A stretch of 58,092 nt of DNA from Leptospirales bacterium (GTDB lineage: Bacteria; Spirochaetota; Leptospiria; Turneriellales; JAOUFE01), in contig JBEQLE010000021.1 of assembly GCA_040326155.1 (NCBI GenBank), forward strand, positions 1-58,092, in the 5' to 3' direction. Below are positions 1-8,648 of this stretch, piece by piece. A model generated the notes under the pieces. That model was given only the letters and a program-made list of their open reading frames with translations, did no database searches and was not told the DNA's origin. Position 1 is the first letter of the stretch; the number at the start of each line of letters is the position of its first letter. The position numbers were made by a program, and so were the translations under genes.

Positions 1-223
1 CAGGTTCTCTTACTTCGATTTTTCCAGCAATGGTCAATATATCGTCGGTGACGGTCAAATCGACATCTTCGGCTTTTGCTCCGGGAATGTGGGCCTCAAT
101 GTACACATCGTGTTCACTTTCCAGAATGCGAACAGCGGGAAATGTTCCCTGTCCTCCCAGTATAACCCGGTTAAGCTCATTCTGAAAATCGTGAATATCT
201 TTCATAAATTCTTTTATAAACAT
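1..223 (-). CDS. Hsp20/alpha-crystallin small heat-shock protein (3' end beyond window edge)
   Basis: Manual translation from ATG at 223: MFIKEFMKDIHDFQNELNRVILGGQGTFPAVRILESEHDVYIEAHIPGAKAEDVDLTVTDDILTIAGK..., a typical sHsp core. AAGGAG RBS at 230-235 and CIRCE upstream. Confidence 0.9.
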   Translation of the reverse strand, partial: MFIKEFMKDIHDFQNELNRVILGGQGTFPAVRILESEHDVYIEAHIPGAKAEDVDLTVTDDILTIAGKIEVREP

Positions 224-249
224 GTTAATCTCCTTTTACTTGTCTAAGT

Positions 250-276
250 GTAGCACTGTACCGACAAGAGTGTTAG
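250..276. promoter_or_regulatory. Second, degenerate CIRCE overlapping the first
   Basis: GTAGCACTG-taccgacaa-GAGTGTTAG; 9-nt spacer, 7/9 match in each arm. Confidence 0.7.
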
Positions 277-299
277 CACTCTTTGCTCTTGAGTGCTAA
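273..299. promoter_or_regulatory. CIRCE element (HrcA operator), perfect match
   Basis: TTAGCACTC-tttgctctt-GAGTGCTAA, exact consensus with 9-nt spacer, upstream of hsp20. Confidence 0.95.
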
Positions 300-427
300 C
301 ATATAGATATACAAATATTTGGTAGTCGTCCATATTTTTTTTGAAAAAAAGATGAAATTACCTAATAAGAACAAAAAAAGAGAGCTTAGCTAGATTTTTA
401 TGGATTATTTAGGATCTGTTTTTCAGT

Positions 428-1057
428 TCAGGTTTTTTGTTTGAGAATCGTGTTTTTCGAGGAGCGTAATCCTGGCAGGGAGTCGCGCACAATTCGGATT
501 CCGCCATGAACCACAAGTGAGGCGATTAAAGCTCCAATAATTAAATCTGGCCATGGGGCTCGGAATCTATAAACCAGATAACCACTTATTATAACCCCTG
601 CATTGGCCAAAAGATCATTTTTGGTGAATATCCAGGATGCTCTCATGTGAACTTCCCCATGTTTATGTTTTGATATTAAAATTACACAAATTGTATTAGC
701 GACCAGAGCAATGGCTCCAACACCGATCATATATAAAGATATCGGAGTACTCCCTGTAAGAGATCTGCGAATAACATCAGCAAATACTCCACCACCTAAA
801 ATAAGCTGGAGAATTCCGCTTGTAAATGCGGCACCCGATTTTGTTTTGAGGGAGCGACCTACGGCATATAAACTGACGGCATATACAGCAGCATCGGCAA
901 ACATATCGAATGAGTCGGCGATGAGTCCTGTCGATTGGGCTATCCAACCAAAAGTGAATTCTATAAAAAACATCGCTGCATTTATAGCGAGTAAAATTAT
1001 CAGTACTCTCTTTTCTTGGTTATTTTGAATCTCTATTTCGCAATCGCACCCAGACAT
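428..1057 (-). CDS. Cation diffusion facilitator (CDF) family metal transporter, short form
   Basis: Multiple TM helices; GLIADSFDMFADA and NDLLAN/PDLIIG CDF motifs. Confidence 0.85.
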   Translation of the reverse strand: MSGCDCEIEIQNNQEKRVLIILLAINAAMFFIEFTFGWIAQSTGLIADSFDMFADAAVYAVSLYAVGRSLKTKSGAAFTSGILQLILGGGVFADVIRRSLTGSTPISLYMIGVGAIALVANTICVILISKHKHGEVHMRASWIFTKNDLLANAGVIISGYLVYRFRAPWPDLIIGALIASLVVHGGIRIVRDSLPGLRSSKNTILKQKT

Positions 1058-1141
1058 ATTCCCATATTAGAATAAATAAATGAGACGTCCTTCTTTTTAT
1101 TAATTCGAATAAGTCGGTATTTCATTATTGTGAAAATAGGT

Positions 1142-1170
1142 TTGTCAGTGACAGGTATATTACTTAAAGT
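1142..1170 (+). promoter_or_regulatory. Sigma70-type promoter, leaderless geometry
   Basis: TTGTCA-N17-TAAAGT, then 6 nt to ATG 1177. Confidence 0.5.
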
Positions 1171-1176
1171 GGGAAG

Positions 1177-1794
1177 ATGGCGTCATTAGATGAATATTGG
1201 AATTCCCTTACCGATAGTTTAAACTGCAATGAATCTAAATCTGCAAAAGAGTTTGAAATAATAAAATATTTATACTCTTTGCCCGATCGACATTATCATA
1301 ACCTGAGTCATTTGGAATCGCTTTTTCATATATTGGAATCTTTTGAAATGAAATTCCATAATAAAAATGCCGTAGGGTTTGCAATTTTTTACCATGATGC
1401 TGTATACGATGTAATGTCTAAAGAGAATGAAAAAAAGAGCGCGGGGCTTGCGGTGAAATTCATTGAACCCCTGGATGTAGAACTCTCGAGGAAGGTTTTA
1501 TCTTTAATTATGGCTACAAAAACGCACATATCGGCATCAAATGATCAGGACGAGTTATATTTTATTGATGCTGATTTTTCGATTTTAGGTGCCCCCGCTG
1601 AAATTTATATTCAGGCTGCGAATAATGTGAGAAAAGAGTATTGGTCGCTGGAAAATGATGATTTCAACGAGGGAAGGGGGAAGTTTTTAAAAGAGACTCT
1701 TGCCAGAGACAATATATTTGTCACAAAAGAGTTTCGTGACCTATATGAAAACCAGGCCAGAGAAAATATGGAAAATGAACTAAAGAAGATATAG
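1177..1794 (+). CDS. HD-superfamily predicted metal-dependent phosphohydrolase
   Basis: RHYHNLSH, FYHDAVYD and DADFSILG motifs. Confidence 0.8.
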   Translation: MASLDEYWNSLTDSLNCNESKSAKEFEIIKYLYSLPDRHYHNLSHLESLFHILESFEMKFHNKNAVGFAIFYHDAVYDVMSKENEKKSAGLAVKFIEPLDVELSRKVLSLIMATKTHISASNDQDELYFIDADFSILGAPAEIYIQAANNVRKEYWSLENDDFNEGRGKFLKETLARDNIFVTKEFRDLYENQARENMENELKKI

Positions 1795-1802
1795 ATGTAG
1801 AA

Positions 1803-2360
1803 TTATGTGTCATAATAGTCCTGGTATGAGTTTGGAATAAATACAAAATCTTTTCGTGCAGGATCAGGGTTTGGGAATTTGACAGTCCGTAAGATTTTTT
1901 TTCCAAGAATAAAAAAGATTGCTTCAAAAAAAATCCCGGGGTTGTTTTTAGACTTGTTTTCAAGTTCCTCAAGATACCACTCTATTGCCAATCGCACAAG
2001 GTGGGTCATCGTACATTGAAAGCGCGCTGCAGTAAGTCGGATATTTAGTTCATCGCTCCCATATAAGCACATTCGATGTCGATGGTGAACTGTTGAGGCC
2101 CCAAATTTTTTCCCTTTGGCGATTTTTTTGAGTTTGTTATATTTGTTTTCCAGTATTGGGTTTCCATAGCCTTTAACCAGGTTTTCTGGAGAGGATCGTT
2201 TAATTAATCTGAACAGTAAATACCTGAGAATCCACGAGTAACTTTTTTTTCTTTTTTTTGCAACAGAGTTGATTCGGTCCCATGTTTTAGGGCATAACCT
2301 GATTTCCAGTATATTTGTGATTGGATCTTTTGCATTTTTTGCAATATATGGATTGACCAT
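1803..2360 (-). CDS. Tandem ribbon-helix-helix-like protein (resembles Leptospira DUF1564-type proteins)
   Basis: Two beta-alpha-alpha-like segments (LEIRLCPKTWDRINSVAKKRKKSYSWILRYLL; HRMCLYGSDELNIRLTAARFQCTMTHLVRLAIEWYL); basic. Family assignment is by recall only. Confidence 0.5.
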   Translation of the reverse strand: MVNPYIAKNAKDPITNILEIRLCPKTWDRINSVAKKRKKSYSWILRYLLFRLIKRSSPENLVKGYGNPILENKYNKLKKIAKGKKFGASTVHHRHRMCLYGSDELNIRLTAARFQCTMTHLVRLAIEWYLEELENKSKNNPGIFFEAIFFILGKKILRTVKFPNPDPARKDFVFIPNSYQDYYDT

Positions 2361-2454
2361 CTACACATGTAATAGGCAAAAACTTCATTTTTTTTCACTT
2401 ATGCAAAGAATTATTGCAATAAATTGTTATGGAATTACCTGTTTATTGAAATTA

Positions 2455-2495
2455 AATGTAGAGGTTCTACCTGTGATTACTAGAACCTCTACATT
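2455..2495 (-). terminator. 15-bp perfect hairpin downstream of glnK
   Basis: AATGTAGAGGTTCTA-N11-TAGAACCTCTACATT. Confidence 0.65.
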
Positions 2496-2507
2496 ATCGT
2501 CAGGAAA

Positions 2508-2849
2508 TCAGCTAATCGCTTTTTTATCTTTTTCGCCGGTACGAATTCTGTAAGCCTGTTCTACAGGGTAAACAAAAATCTTACCGTCACCTTCTTCGCC
2601 TGTATGGGCAGCATCAGCAATTAATTTTATCGTTTTATCGACGTTTGTTTTCGACAAAACAATATCTACCCGGACTTTTTCAAGCAGTGAAACTTTCCGC
2701 TTTGTTCCTCGATAAATTTCAGTATACCCAAGTTGAGTACCGTGCCCTTTTACATGGGAAATACTCACACCAGTGATGCCTGCTTTTATTAATTCATCCA
2801 ATACCTTCTCTACTCGAGAGGGTTTGATATAGCATTCCAGTTTTTTCAT
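2508..2849 (-). CDS. glnK: P-II family nitrogen regulator
   Basis: KGHGTQ, EIYRG T-loop, TGEEGDGKIFV and RIRTGE motifs; adjacent to the ammonium transporter. Confidence 0.9.
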   Translation of the reverse strand: MKKLECYIKPSRVEKVLDELIKAGITGVSISHVKGHGTQLGYTEIYRGTKRKVSLLEKVRVDIVLSKTNVDKTIKLIADAAHTGEEGDGKIFVYPVEQAYRIRTGEKDKKAIS

Positions 2850-2866
2850 GTTGTAACCTCCTCCGA

Positions 2867-4090
2867 TTATTCAAAAATCGAATATGCACTGGTTTTATAC
2901 TCTGCCAGGTCAGCTCCAATAATTTCGTCTTTTTTTGCCAAACGAACACCAATTGTTCTTTTGATTGCCATCATTACCAGATATGAGCTAGAAAAGGCAA
3001 AAACGGAAACAGCGATCAGTCCTATCGCTTGTACACCTAGAAGTGTAAATTCACCGGTTGTAAATAAACCACCTTTAGAAGCAAAAAGGCCAACGGCCAG
3101 GGTTCCAAATGATCCATTTACTCCGTGAACCGCAATCGCACCGACAGGGTCATCAATATGCATTTTATCGAAGGTAACTACAGCGATATCGACAATAACT
3201 CCGGCGATTAATCCGGTTAGGACCGCGAAAATCGGGTCCATGACGTTACAGCCAGCAGTAATGGCCACGAGTCCTGCAAGAACCCCATTTATTACCATAG
3301 AGGGGTCGATGGCACCATATCGTAATTGAGTATAAACCATGGTTCCGATACCCCCCGCAGCTGAGGCTAAAAAAGTGTTCATTGCGACTTTTCCAATAAT
3401 GTCCCAATTGCCAACAGCTCCCAGGGTTGAGCCAGGATTAAAACCGAACCACCCGAACCAAAGGATAAACGCCCCTATAGCGGCCAGAGGTAGATTGTGA
3501 CCGGGAAATGCATTTGCCGATCCATCCGCATTGTATTTGCCGTGTCTTGCTCCAAGTACCATGACAGCAGCAAGAGCAGACCATCCCCCTACAGCGTGAA
3601 CCGCAGCTGAACCTGCAAAGTCGTTCATTCCAACACCATTAAATCCAACGAATAGCCAACCGTTTGCATTCCAAATCCATCCTGCAGCTATGGGGTAAAT
3701 GAATGCTACGAATATAAATACGTAGATTATATAGGCCCATATTTTCATTCTTTCTGCAACCCCACCCGATATGATCGAGATGGCAGCAACGGCAAAACCC
3801 ATTTGTAAAAACCAGAATATAGAATCAGGTATATTGGCATTCGGACTGAGTCCCAGAGTATAACCGATATCCATTCCAAGAAATCCACTGGAAGTTCCGA
3901 ACATAAGTCCGTATCCGATTAGAAAAAAAGCCAGTCCACCAAAACAGATGTCGACTATTACTTTTACGATAATTGCCATCGCATTTTTGCGGCGTAAAAA
4001 GCCCGACTCTAAAAGTGCGAACCCTCCCTCCATTTGAAAAATCATGGCAGCACAAATGGCCACCCAGACTGTATCTATTGCATTTTCCAA
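2867..4090 (-). CDS. amtB: Ammonium transporter
   Basis: DFAGSAAVH, LWFGWFGFN and IDDPVGAIAVHG motifs (twin His); TTG start with AGGAGG RBS. Confidence 0.95.
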   Translation of the reverse strand: MENAIDTVWVAICAAMIFQMEGGFALLESGFLRRKNAMAIIVKVIVDICFGGLAFFLIGYGLMFGTSSGFLGMDIGYTLGLSPNANIPDSIFWFLQMGFAVAAISIISGGVAERMKIWAYIIYVFIFVAFIYPIAAGWIWNANGWLFVGFNGVGMNDFAGSAAVHAVGGWSALAAVMVLGARHGKYNADGSANAFPGHNLPLAAIGAFILWFGWFGFNPGSTLGAVGNWDIIGKVAMNTFLASAAGGIGTMVYTQLRYGAIDPSMVINGVLAGLVAITAGCNVMDPIFAVLTGLIAGVIVDIAVVTFDKMHIDDPVGAIAVHGVNGSFGTLAVGLFASKGGLFTTGEFTLLGVQAIGLIAVSVFAFSSSYLVMMAIKRTIGVRLAKKDEIIGADLAEYKTSAYSIFE

Positions 4091-4545
4091 AGCAATTTCC
4101 TCCTTTTGTAATTTAGCCCTTGTAATATCTTAAATTGAGATAAAAGACAGGCGATGTTTATTATATGGGCGCATTTTAGGCGCTTTGTTGTCGCTCAAGG
4201 CGTTCTTCGATTTATTTGTTTTTAATAAAAAACGAAGCTACTTTGTGCATAGAAAATCATCTATACTTGTAGATGGTACATAGTTTGTGCAGTTTTTCCG
4301 AAGTCAAGGGGGTTTCTTAAATTCCGACAAAACTATGAGGGAATTTCATTACAATATCCCCCGAGAGTTTTTTCAGAGATCTCCACGGTTTTATTTACAG
4401 GAATTACCTAATAGATTGGAAAATCAGCGATATATTATTTTTTTCACTGTAAAGGTTCACAACATCTTTATTATTCCAGAGAAAATATCGGAATATAGAG
4501 AACGAAAAATACTTTCAGATATATCAACCTGTTAAAAATTGCAAC

Positions 4546-5685
4546 ATGAGCGACGTAGAAAAATATTTATCATCATCTGTGCAACGAATTGATACCAGTG
4601 AAATTCGAAAATTATTCGACCTGGCTGAGAAAATTAAAGATCCTGTTAATTTATCAATTGGGCAACCCGATTTTCCTGTACCGCAGGCTGTTAAGGACGC
4701 TTTTGCGAAAGCCGTTTATGATGATAAAAATGCATATACCATGACCCAGGGTATATTACCGCTTCGTGAGGCGATATGCGCTAAATGGCAAGAGGAAAAT
4801 GGTTTTTCTGTCTCGCCTGAAAACACTATTGTTTCGGCGGGCGTAGCTTCGTTGCTCTATCTTTTATACGAAGCTTTGTTGAACCCCGGAGAAGAAATCA
4901 TTTTGACCGATCCATATTTTGTTATTTATGATACCCTCGCAAAACTTCGAGGTGTAAAAGTAACATTTATTCCTGAAAATTTTACCGAGGATGATCTTAA
5001 CGTCCTTCGAAAGTCGGGGGTTAATCCTAAAGCAATTATTTTTGCCAACCCCTCAAACCCCACAGGTCTGGTTCTTTCAAAAGAACAACTTCAATTGCTG
5101 GCCAACTACGCAGAAGAAAAAGACGCTTTACTTATTTCTGATGAAATTTATGAAGCATTTGATTATGATAAAACATTTACAAGTTGCGCGCCTATTGCGC
5201 CTGATCGGACAATTACTCTTGGTGGTTTTTCGAAATCTCATGCGATGACGGGAATGCGTGTTGGATATATGGGAGTTGCGTCAAATCTCAGGCCGATTCT
5301 TTCCAAGGTGGCTGCCTTGCAACAGTACTCCATTGTATGTTCGCCACAGCCTGCCCAATGGGCCGCGCTAACTGCGTTGCAAACATCGATAGAAGGGGAA
5401 ATTTCCATGATGAAAAAACGGCGTAATTTAGTTCAGGATATTCTTGGCGATCGAGTATCGTATGCACACCCGGGAGGCGCCTTTTATGTTTTTCCCGAAA
5501 TACCCATTGATTGTGTCGAGTTTTCAAAAAGAGCAATTGAGCGTGAGTTACTCGTTGTCCCTGGTTATATATTTAGTAATAAACGAAATACAATACGTAT
5601 CAGTTATGCACAGCCCGAAGAAAAAATTAAAAAAGGGTTGAAGATCTTTCTGGAAATTGTAGAAGAGTGTAATAGTGAGATTTAA
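4546..5685 (+). CDS. PLP-dependent aminotransferase class I/II
   Basis: NLSIGQPDF, NPSNPTG, SDEIY and FSKSHAMTGMRVG motifs. Confidence 0.92.
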   Translation: MSDVEKYLSSSVQRIDTSEIRKLFDLAEKIKDPVNLSIGQPDFPVPQAVKDAFAKAVYDDKNAYTMTQGILPLREAICAKWQEENGFSVSPENTIVSAGVASLLYLLYEALLNPGEEIILTDPYFVIYDTLAKLRGVKVTFIPENFTEDDLNVLRKSGVNPKAIIFANPSNPTGLVLSKEQLQLLANYAEEKDALLISDEIYEAFDYDKTFTSCAPIAPDRTITLGGFSKSHAMTGMRVGYMGVASNLRPILSKVAALQQYSIVCSPQPAQWAALTALQTSIEGEISMMKKRRNLVQDILGDRVSYAHPGGAFYVFPEIPIDCVEFSKRAIERELLVVPGYIFSNKRNTIRISYAQPEEKIKKGLKIFLEIVEECNSEI

Positions 5686-5689
5686 TTAA

Positions 5690-6352
5690 ATGTTGAAAAA
5701 GACGATTGTAATAATTGTAGCAGTTGTGGTTATTGCTGCTCTTACACCAGTAAATTCGGAAAGTCAATGGAAGACTCTTTTGAACAAAAAGGGTATAGTC
5801 GTTTATGGTAAAAAAGTGAAAGATTCGAAATTCTGGGAGGTCGTGGCAATAACTACGATAAAAACCAGTCTTTTTAGTTTAATTCGAATGTGGGAAGATG
5901 TTGGGTCTTATCCAGAATGGTTTCACAGTTGCGCCGAAGGCAGACTTGTTAAAAAAGTAGGAAGGTTGGAACGTTATATTTATCTTGTGACAGATTCTCC
6001 CTCTCCTTTACAAGATCGAGATAATATATTACATGTTTTGTTTAAACAAAATAAAGAGAGCAGGGTGGTCGAAATTCTATTAAAAGGAATTCCCGACTAT
6101 CTTCCAGAAAAGAAGAAGTTTGTCCGGGTTCCGCGAACTTACGGCAAAGTTACTTTGAAGCCTCAGGCCGATGGCAATATTAAAGTTATATTTAATCTTT
6201 TTCTTGATCCTGGTGGACTTGTGCCTTTCTGGCTTGTAAATTCTTTTTCTGAAGATTTTTATTTTAAAACTTTAAAAAATATGCGTGAAAAAGTAATTCA
6301 AGAAAAATATCAAAAGCATGACTATCCATTTTTACTGAATTATCCGGAATGA
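5690..6352 (+). CDS. Exported START/SRPBCC lipid-binding domain protein
   Basis: Signal peptide; PSPLQDRD and DPGGLVPFWLVN START motifs. Confidence 0.8.
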   Translation: MLKKTIVIIVAVVVIAALTPVNSESQWKTLLNKKGIVVYGKKVKDSKFWEVVAITTIKTSLFSLIRMWEDVGSYPEWFHSCAEGRLVKKVGRLERYIYLVTDSPSPLQDRDNILHVLFKQNKESRVVEILLKGIPDYLPEKKKFVRVPRTYGKVTLKPQADGNIKVIFNLFLDPGGLVPFWLVNSFSEDFYFKTLKNMREKVIQEKYQKHDYPFLLNYPE

Positions 6353-6356
6353 TATT

Positions 6357-7379
6357 GTGAAAACGACCACTTTTCAAAAATCCCCTTCTCATGAACGCTT
6401 TACCATCATTCTTTTCTGGGACCCCCGATCTCCGGTAGTCGATCGAGTTTTGCGCAGAATAAATCATTGGGCTGTTTCTTACCGAGATGTTTGTGAGGCG
6501 GTTATTTTTTATTCGGACCCTATAGATCGAAATGACCTTGTTCAAAAATATAACCATGTTCGATGGGTGCGGCTTGAAGATGAGTCAGTTCGAGAGTGGT
6601 CAACATTTGCTGCCAGAGCTTTGCCATATTCAAATACTCGTATAACTGTGCATGTTTCGCCCTATGTAATTCCCTTTTTTTTCGATCTTATTGCACTGGC
6701 CAATGGTTCCAGGAATGAAAACAACATCGCTGTTTTAGCGCCAAAACGCGCTTTTTATGCGTCATCCAGGTTTAAAAAAAAAGCGAAGTATGTTTTTACA
6801 CTTCCGAGTAGACTTTTATTTTATATTCGAGCCAACCGCTCCCGGTTTCAGGATTTCGCTGATCGAAATATTCCAGTTGCTCGGCTTGAAATCTTTTCTT
6901 ACGCAAACGAACAGATGAAAGAATTTTTCGAGAAAAAAGGGACGGCTTTTCTCGTGGAACCGAATTACGGACCAGCTTGCGCACCCCGTGAATTTTTAGA
7001 GAAATTTTCAGGATTTTTTTTAAAGGCTGATAAGTCAACGGGCAAAGAAAAATTTTTTTATGGGGTGGGAAAATCTTATTCGTTTTATCCTGTAAAGACC
7101 GGATGGTTTGTATCGTACAAGATGATGTTCGATTATATCGATAAGCTGTTCAGGAGGAAAAAAACCGGTCCATGGGGAAATACCTTGCTGTGGGTTTTTC
7201 CAGCAATTCACTTATGTCAGTTATTGGTTCTGCCGGTTTTGTTTCTTTACCCTGTCGGCTTAGTCGCACTTTTTGCATTTTATTATGGACTCATTCTGTT
7301 ATATGCAAAATCGGGCAGGTTCAAAAAAAGAGGGTACCTCTTTTTAATTTTTTCACTATTTACATGGTATTTCGTCTGA
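6357..7379 (+). CDS. Hypothetical protein with C-terminal TM helices
   Basis: 340-aa ORF tightly coupled to the upstream gene; hydrophobic C-terminus; no recognisable motif. Confidence 0.6.
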   Translation: MKTTTFQKSPSHERFTIILFWDPRSPVVDRVLRRINHWAVSYRDVCEAVIFYSDPIDRNDLVQKYNHVRWVRLEDESVREWSTFAARALPYSNTRITVHVSPYVIPFFFDLIALANGSRNENNIAVLAPKRAFYASSRFKKKAKYVFTLPSRLLFYIRANRSRFQDFADRNIPVARLEIFSYANEQMKEFFEKKGTAFLVEPNYGPACAPREFLEKFSGFFLKADKSTGKEKFFYGVGKSYSFYPVKTGWFVSYKMMFDYIDKLFRRKKTGPWGNTLLWVFPAIHLCQLLVLPVLFLYPVGLVALFAFYYGLILLYAKSGRFKKRGYLFLIFSLFTWYFV

Positions 7380-7381
7380 GT

Positions 7382-7702
7382 TTACCAGAGGCTGGAATTT
7401 TCGGTTTTAACAGGAGTTTGTGAAAGTACGGGAACAATGCGGTAAGCAAGGTAGGTATTCAAGCTGGCCATATGGGAATATAACACCAGATCGTAACCCG
7501 TTTTAGCTGATCGAAAATATAAACTCTGGTTTAATCTGGCTGAAATATCTTTTTCAATATCCCCTTGGGCTTTTTCGAGATTATCGTACAGAATAGGCAC
7601 AACCAGTTCGTTTTTATACGTAAACTGGTTATCTTTTTCGATCGCAACAATCAGTTTAATGCGATATCCATTTACAGGCGCTTGGTAGTTTTCGCTGACC
7701 AT
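7382..7702 (-). CDS. Hypothetical protein
   Basis: 106-aa ORF with GGAG RBS. Confidence 0.65.
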   Translation of the reverse strand: MVSENYQAPVNGYRIKLIVAIEKDNQFTYKNELVVPILYDNLEKAQGDIEKDISARLNQSLYFRSAKTGYDLVLYSHMASLNTYLAYRIVPVLSQTPVKTENSSLW

Positions 7703-7782
7703 CTTATTTCTCCAGCAGTTTGAATTAAAACAAAGCTGTTATATTGATTATCGCGCAGTGAACCTTCAATCTTAAAGGTGAG

Positions 7783-8568
7783 TTAGAATTTAATTACCAA
7801 ACCATCGTATGCGGGAGATATATAAGAAGGTAACTCTTTTGCGAGTTGTCGATGGGTTTTTTTATCGGAAAGGTGGGTAAGGTAACCTTGTTCTATATTC
7901 CACTTGTTCATTAGCTCTACAGCCTGATCCATTGATATATGGCTTGGATGTTCGTGTGGCAGAGGGCAACCGAGAATAGCTATTTTTACGGTTTTTAATA
8001 ATTCTTCATAACCAGCTCTAAGCTCTTTAAAATCGGTCAAATAAAGAAAAGTATCATTGAATATGTATCCAACGGATGATATGTTCAATTCGGGAACGTG
8101 CAGCGCTTCAATTGGCTGTATTTTGGTTTTGCCTATCCGAAAAGGTTTGTATATCCCATTCTCATCTTTATTTAAAACATCGAACTTTAACTTTGGTTTA
8201 ATTTTATATTGCGAGTCCGCTTTTATATAATCGTATCGCTGGTAAATGTAATCAAAGGTGGTTTTATCACAGTGAATTGTTAAACCGTCTTCGTGCAGAT
8301 AGGTCAAGGGGCGCAGGTCATCCAGGCCTCCAATATGGTCATAATGAAAGTGGGTATAAAGAACGGCGTCCAGATGATGGGTGTTGTTTTCGAGCATCTG
8401 CGCACGAAAGTCGGGCCCTGTATCGACAATAAAAGTTACATCATCTTCTATGAGTATAGAGGAGCGTAATCTTTTATCACGCGGGTCAGTCGAGTGGTTG
8501 ACCGGACCGTCTCTGCCCAATACGGGAACTCCCGTTGAGGTGCCGCTTCCTAATATTTTAACCTGCAT
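7783..8568 (-). CDS. MBL-fold metallohydrolase, PhnP family
   Basis: LGSGTSTGVP, DTGPDFR and THFHYDHIGGLDDLR motifs. Confidence 0.9.
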   Translation of the reverse strand: MQVKILGSGTSTGVPVLGRDGPVNHSTDPRDKRLRSSILIEDDVTFIVDTGPDFRAQMLENNTHHLDAVLYTHFHYDHIGGLDDLRPLTYLHEDGLTIHCDKTTFDYIYQRYDYIKADSQYKIKPKLKFDVLNKDENGIYKPFRIGKTKIQPIEALHVPELNISSVGYIFNDTFLYLTDFKELRAGYEELLKTVKIAILGCPLPHEHPSHISMDQAVELMNKWNIEQGYLTHLSDKKTHRQLAKELPSYISPAYDGLVIKF

Positions 8569-8610
8569 TGTGTTTATAGGGAATTCCAGGCATTTTTCAT
8601 ATTAATATAC

Positions 8611-8641
8611 AAAATAGACCTCCCGGGTTGCGAGAGGTCTA
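8611..8641 (-). terminator. Intrinsic terminator of the oxidoreductase operon
   Basis: Minus strand TAGACCTCTCGCAACCCGGGAGGTCTA followed by TTTT. Confidence 0.65.
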
Positions 8642-8648
8642 CAATTAA

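Noticed and set aside
1177..1794. HD protein as the missing GlnD uridylyl-removing domain
   Set aside because: Its motifs match a separate stand-alone HD family, not the GlnD HD domain.
4195..4280. Glutamine (glnA-motif) riboswitch upstream of amtB
   Set aside because: The minus strand has AAGUAG...CGAAGAACGC and a CAUCU/AGAUG stem, but the 5' CGUU strand of P1 is missing and the spacing is wrong. A cmscan run would settle it.
4274..4291. Sigma54 promoter TGGTAC-N5-TTGT
   Set aside because: The -12 element is GT rather than GC, and it faces away from amtB.
4287..4535. 82-aa intergenic ORF upstream of the aminotransferase
   Set aside because: No RBS or motif; it lies in the divergent promoter region.
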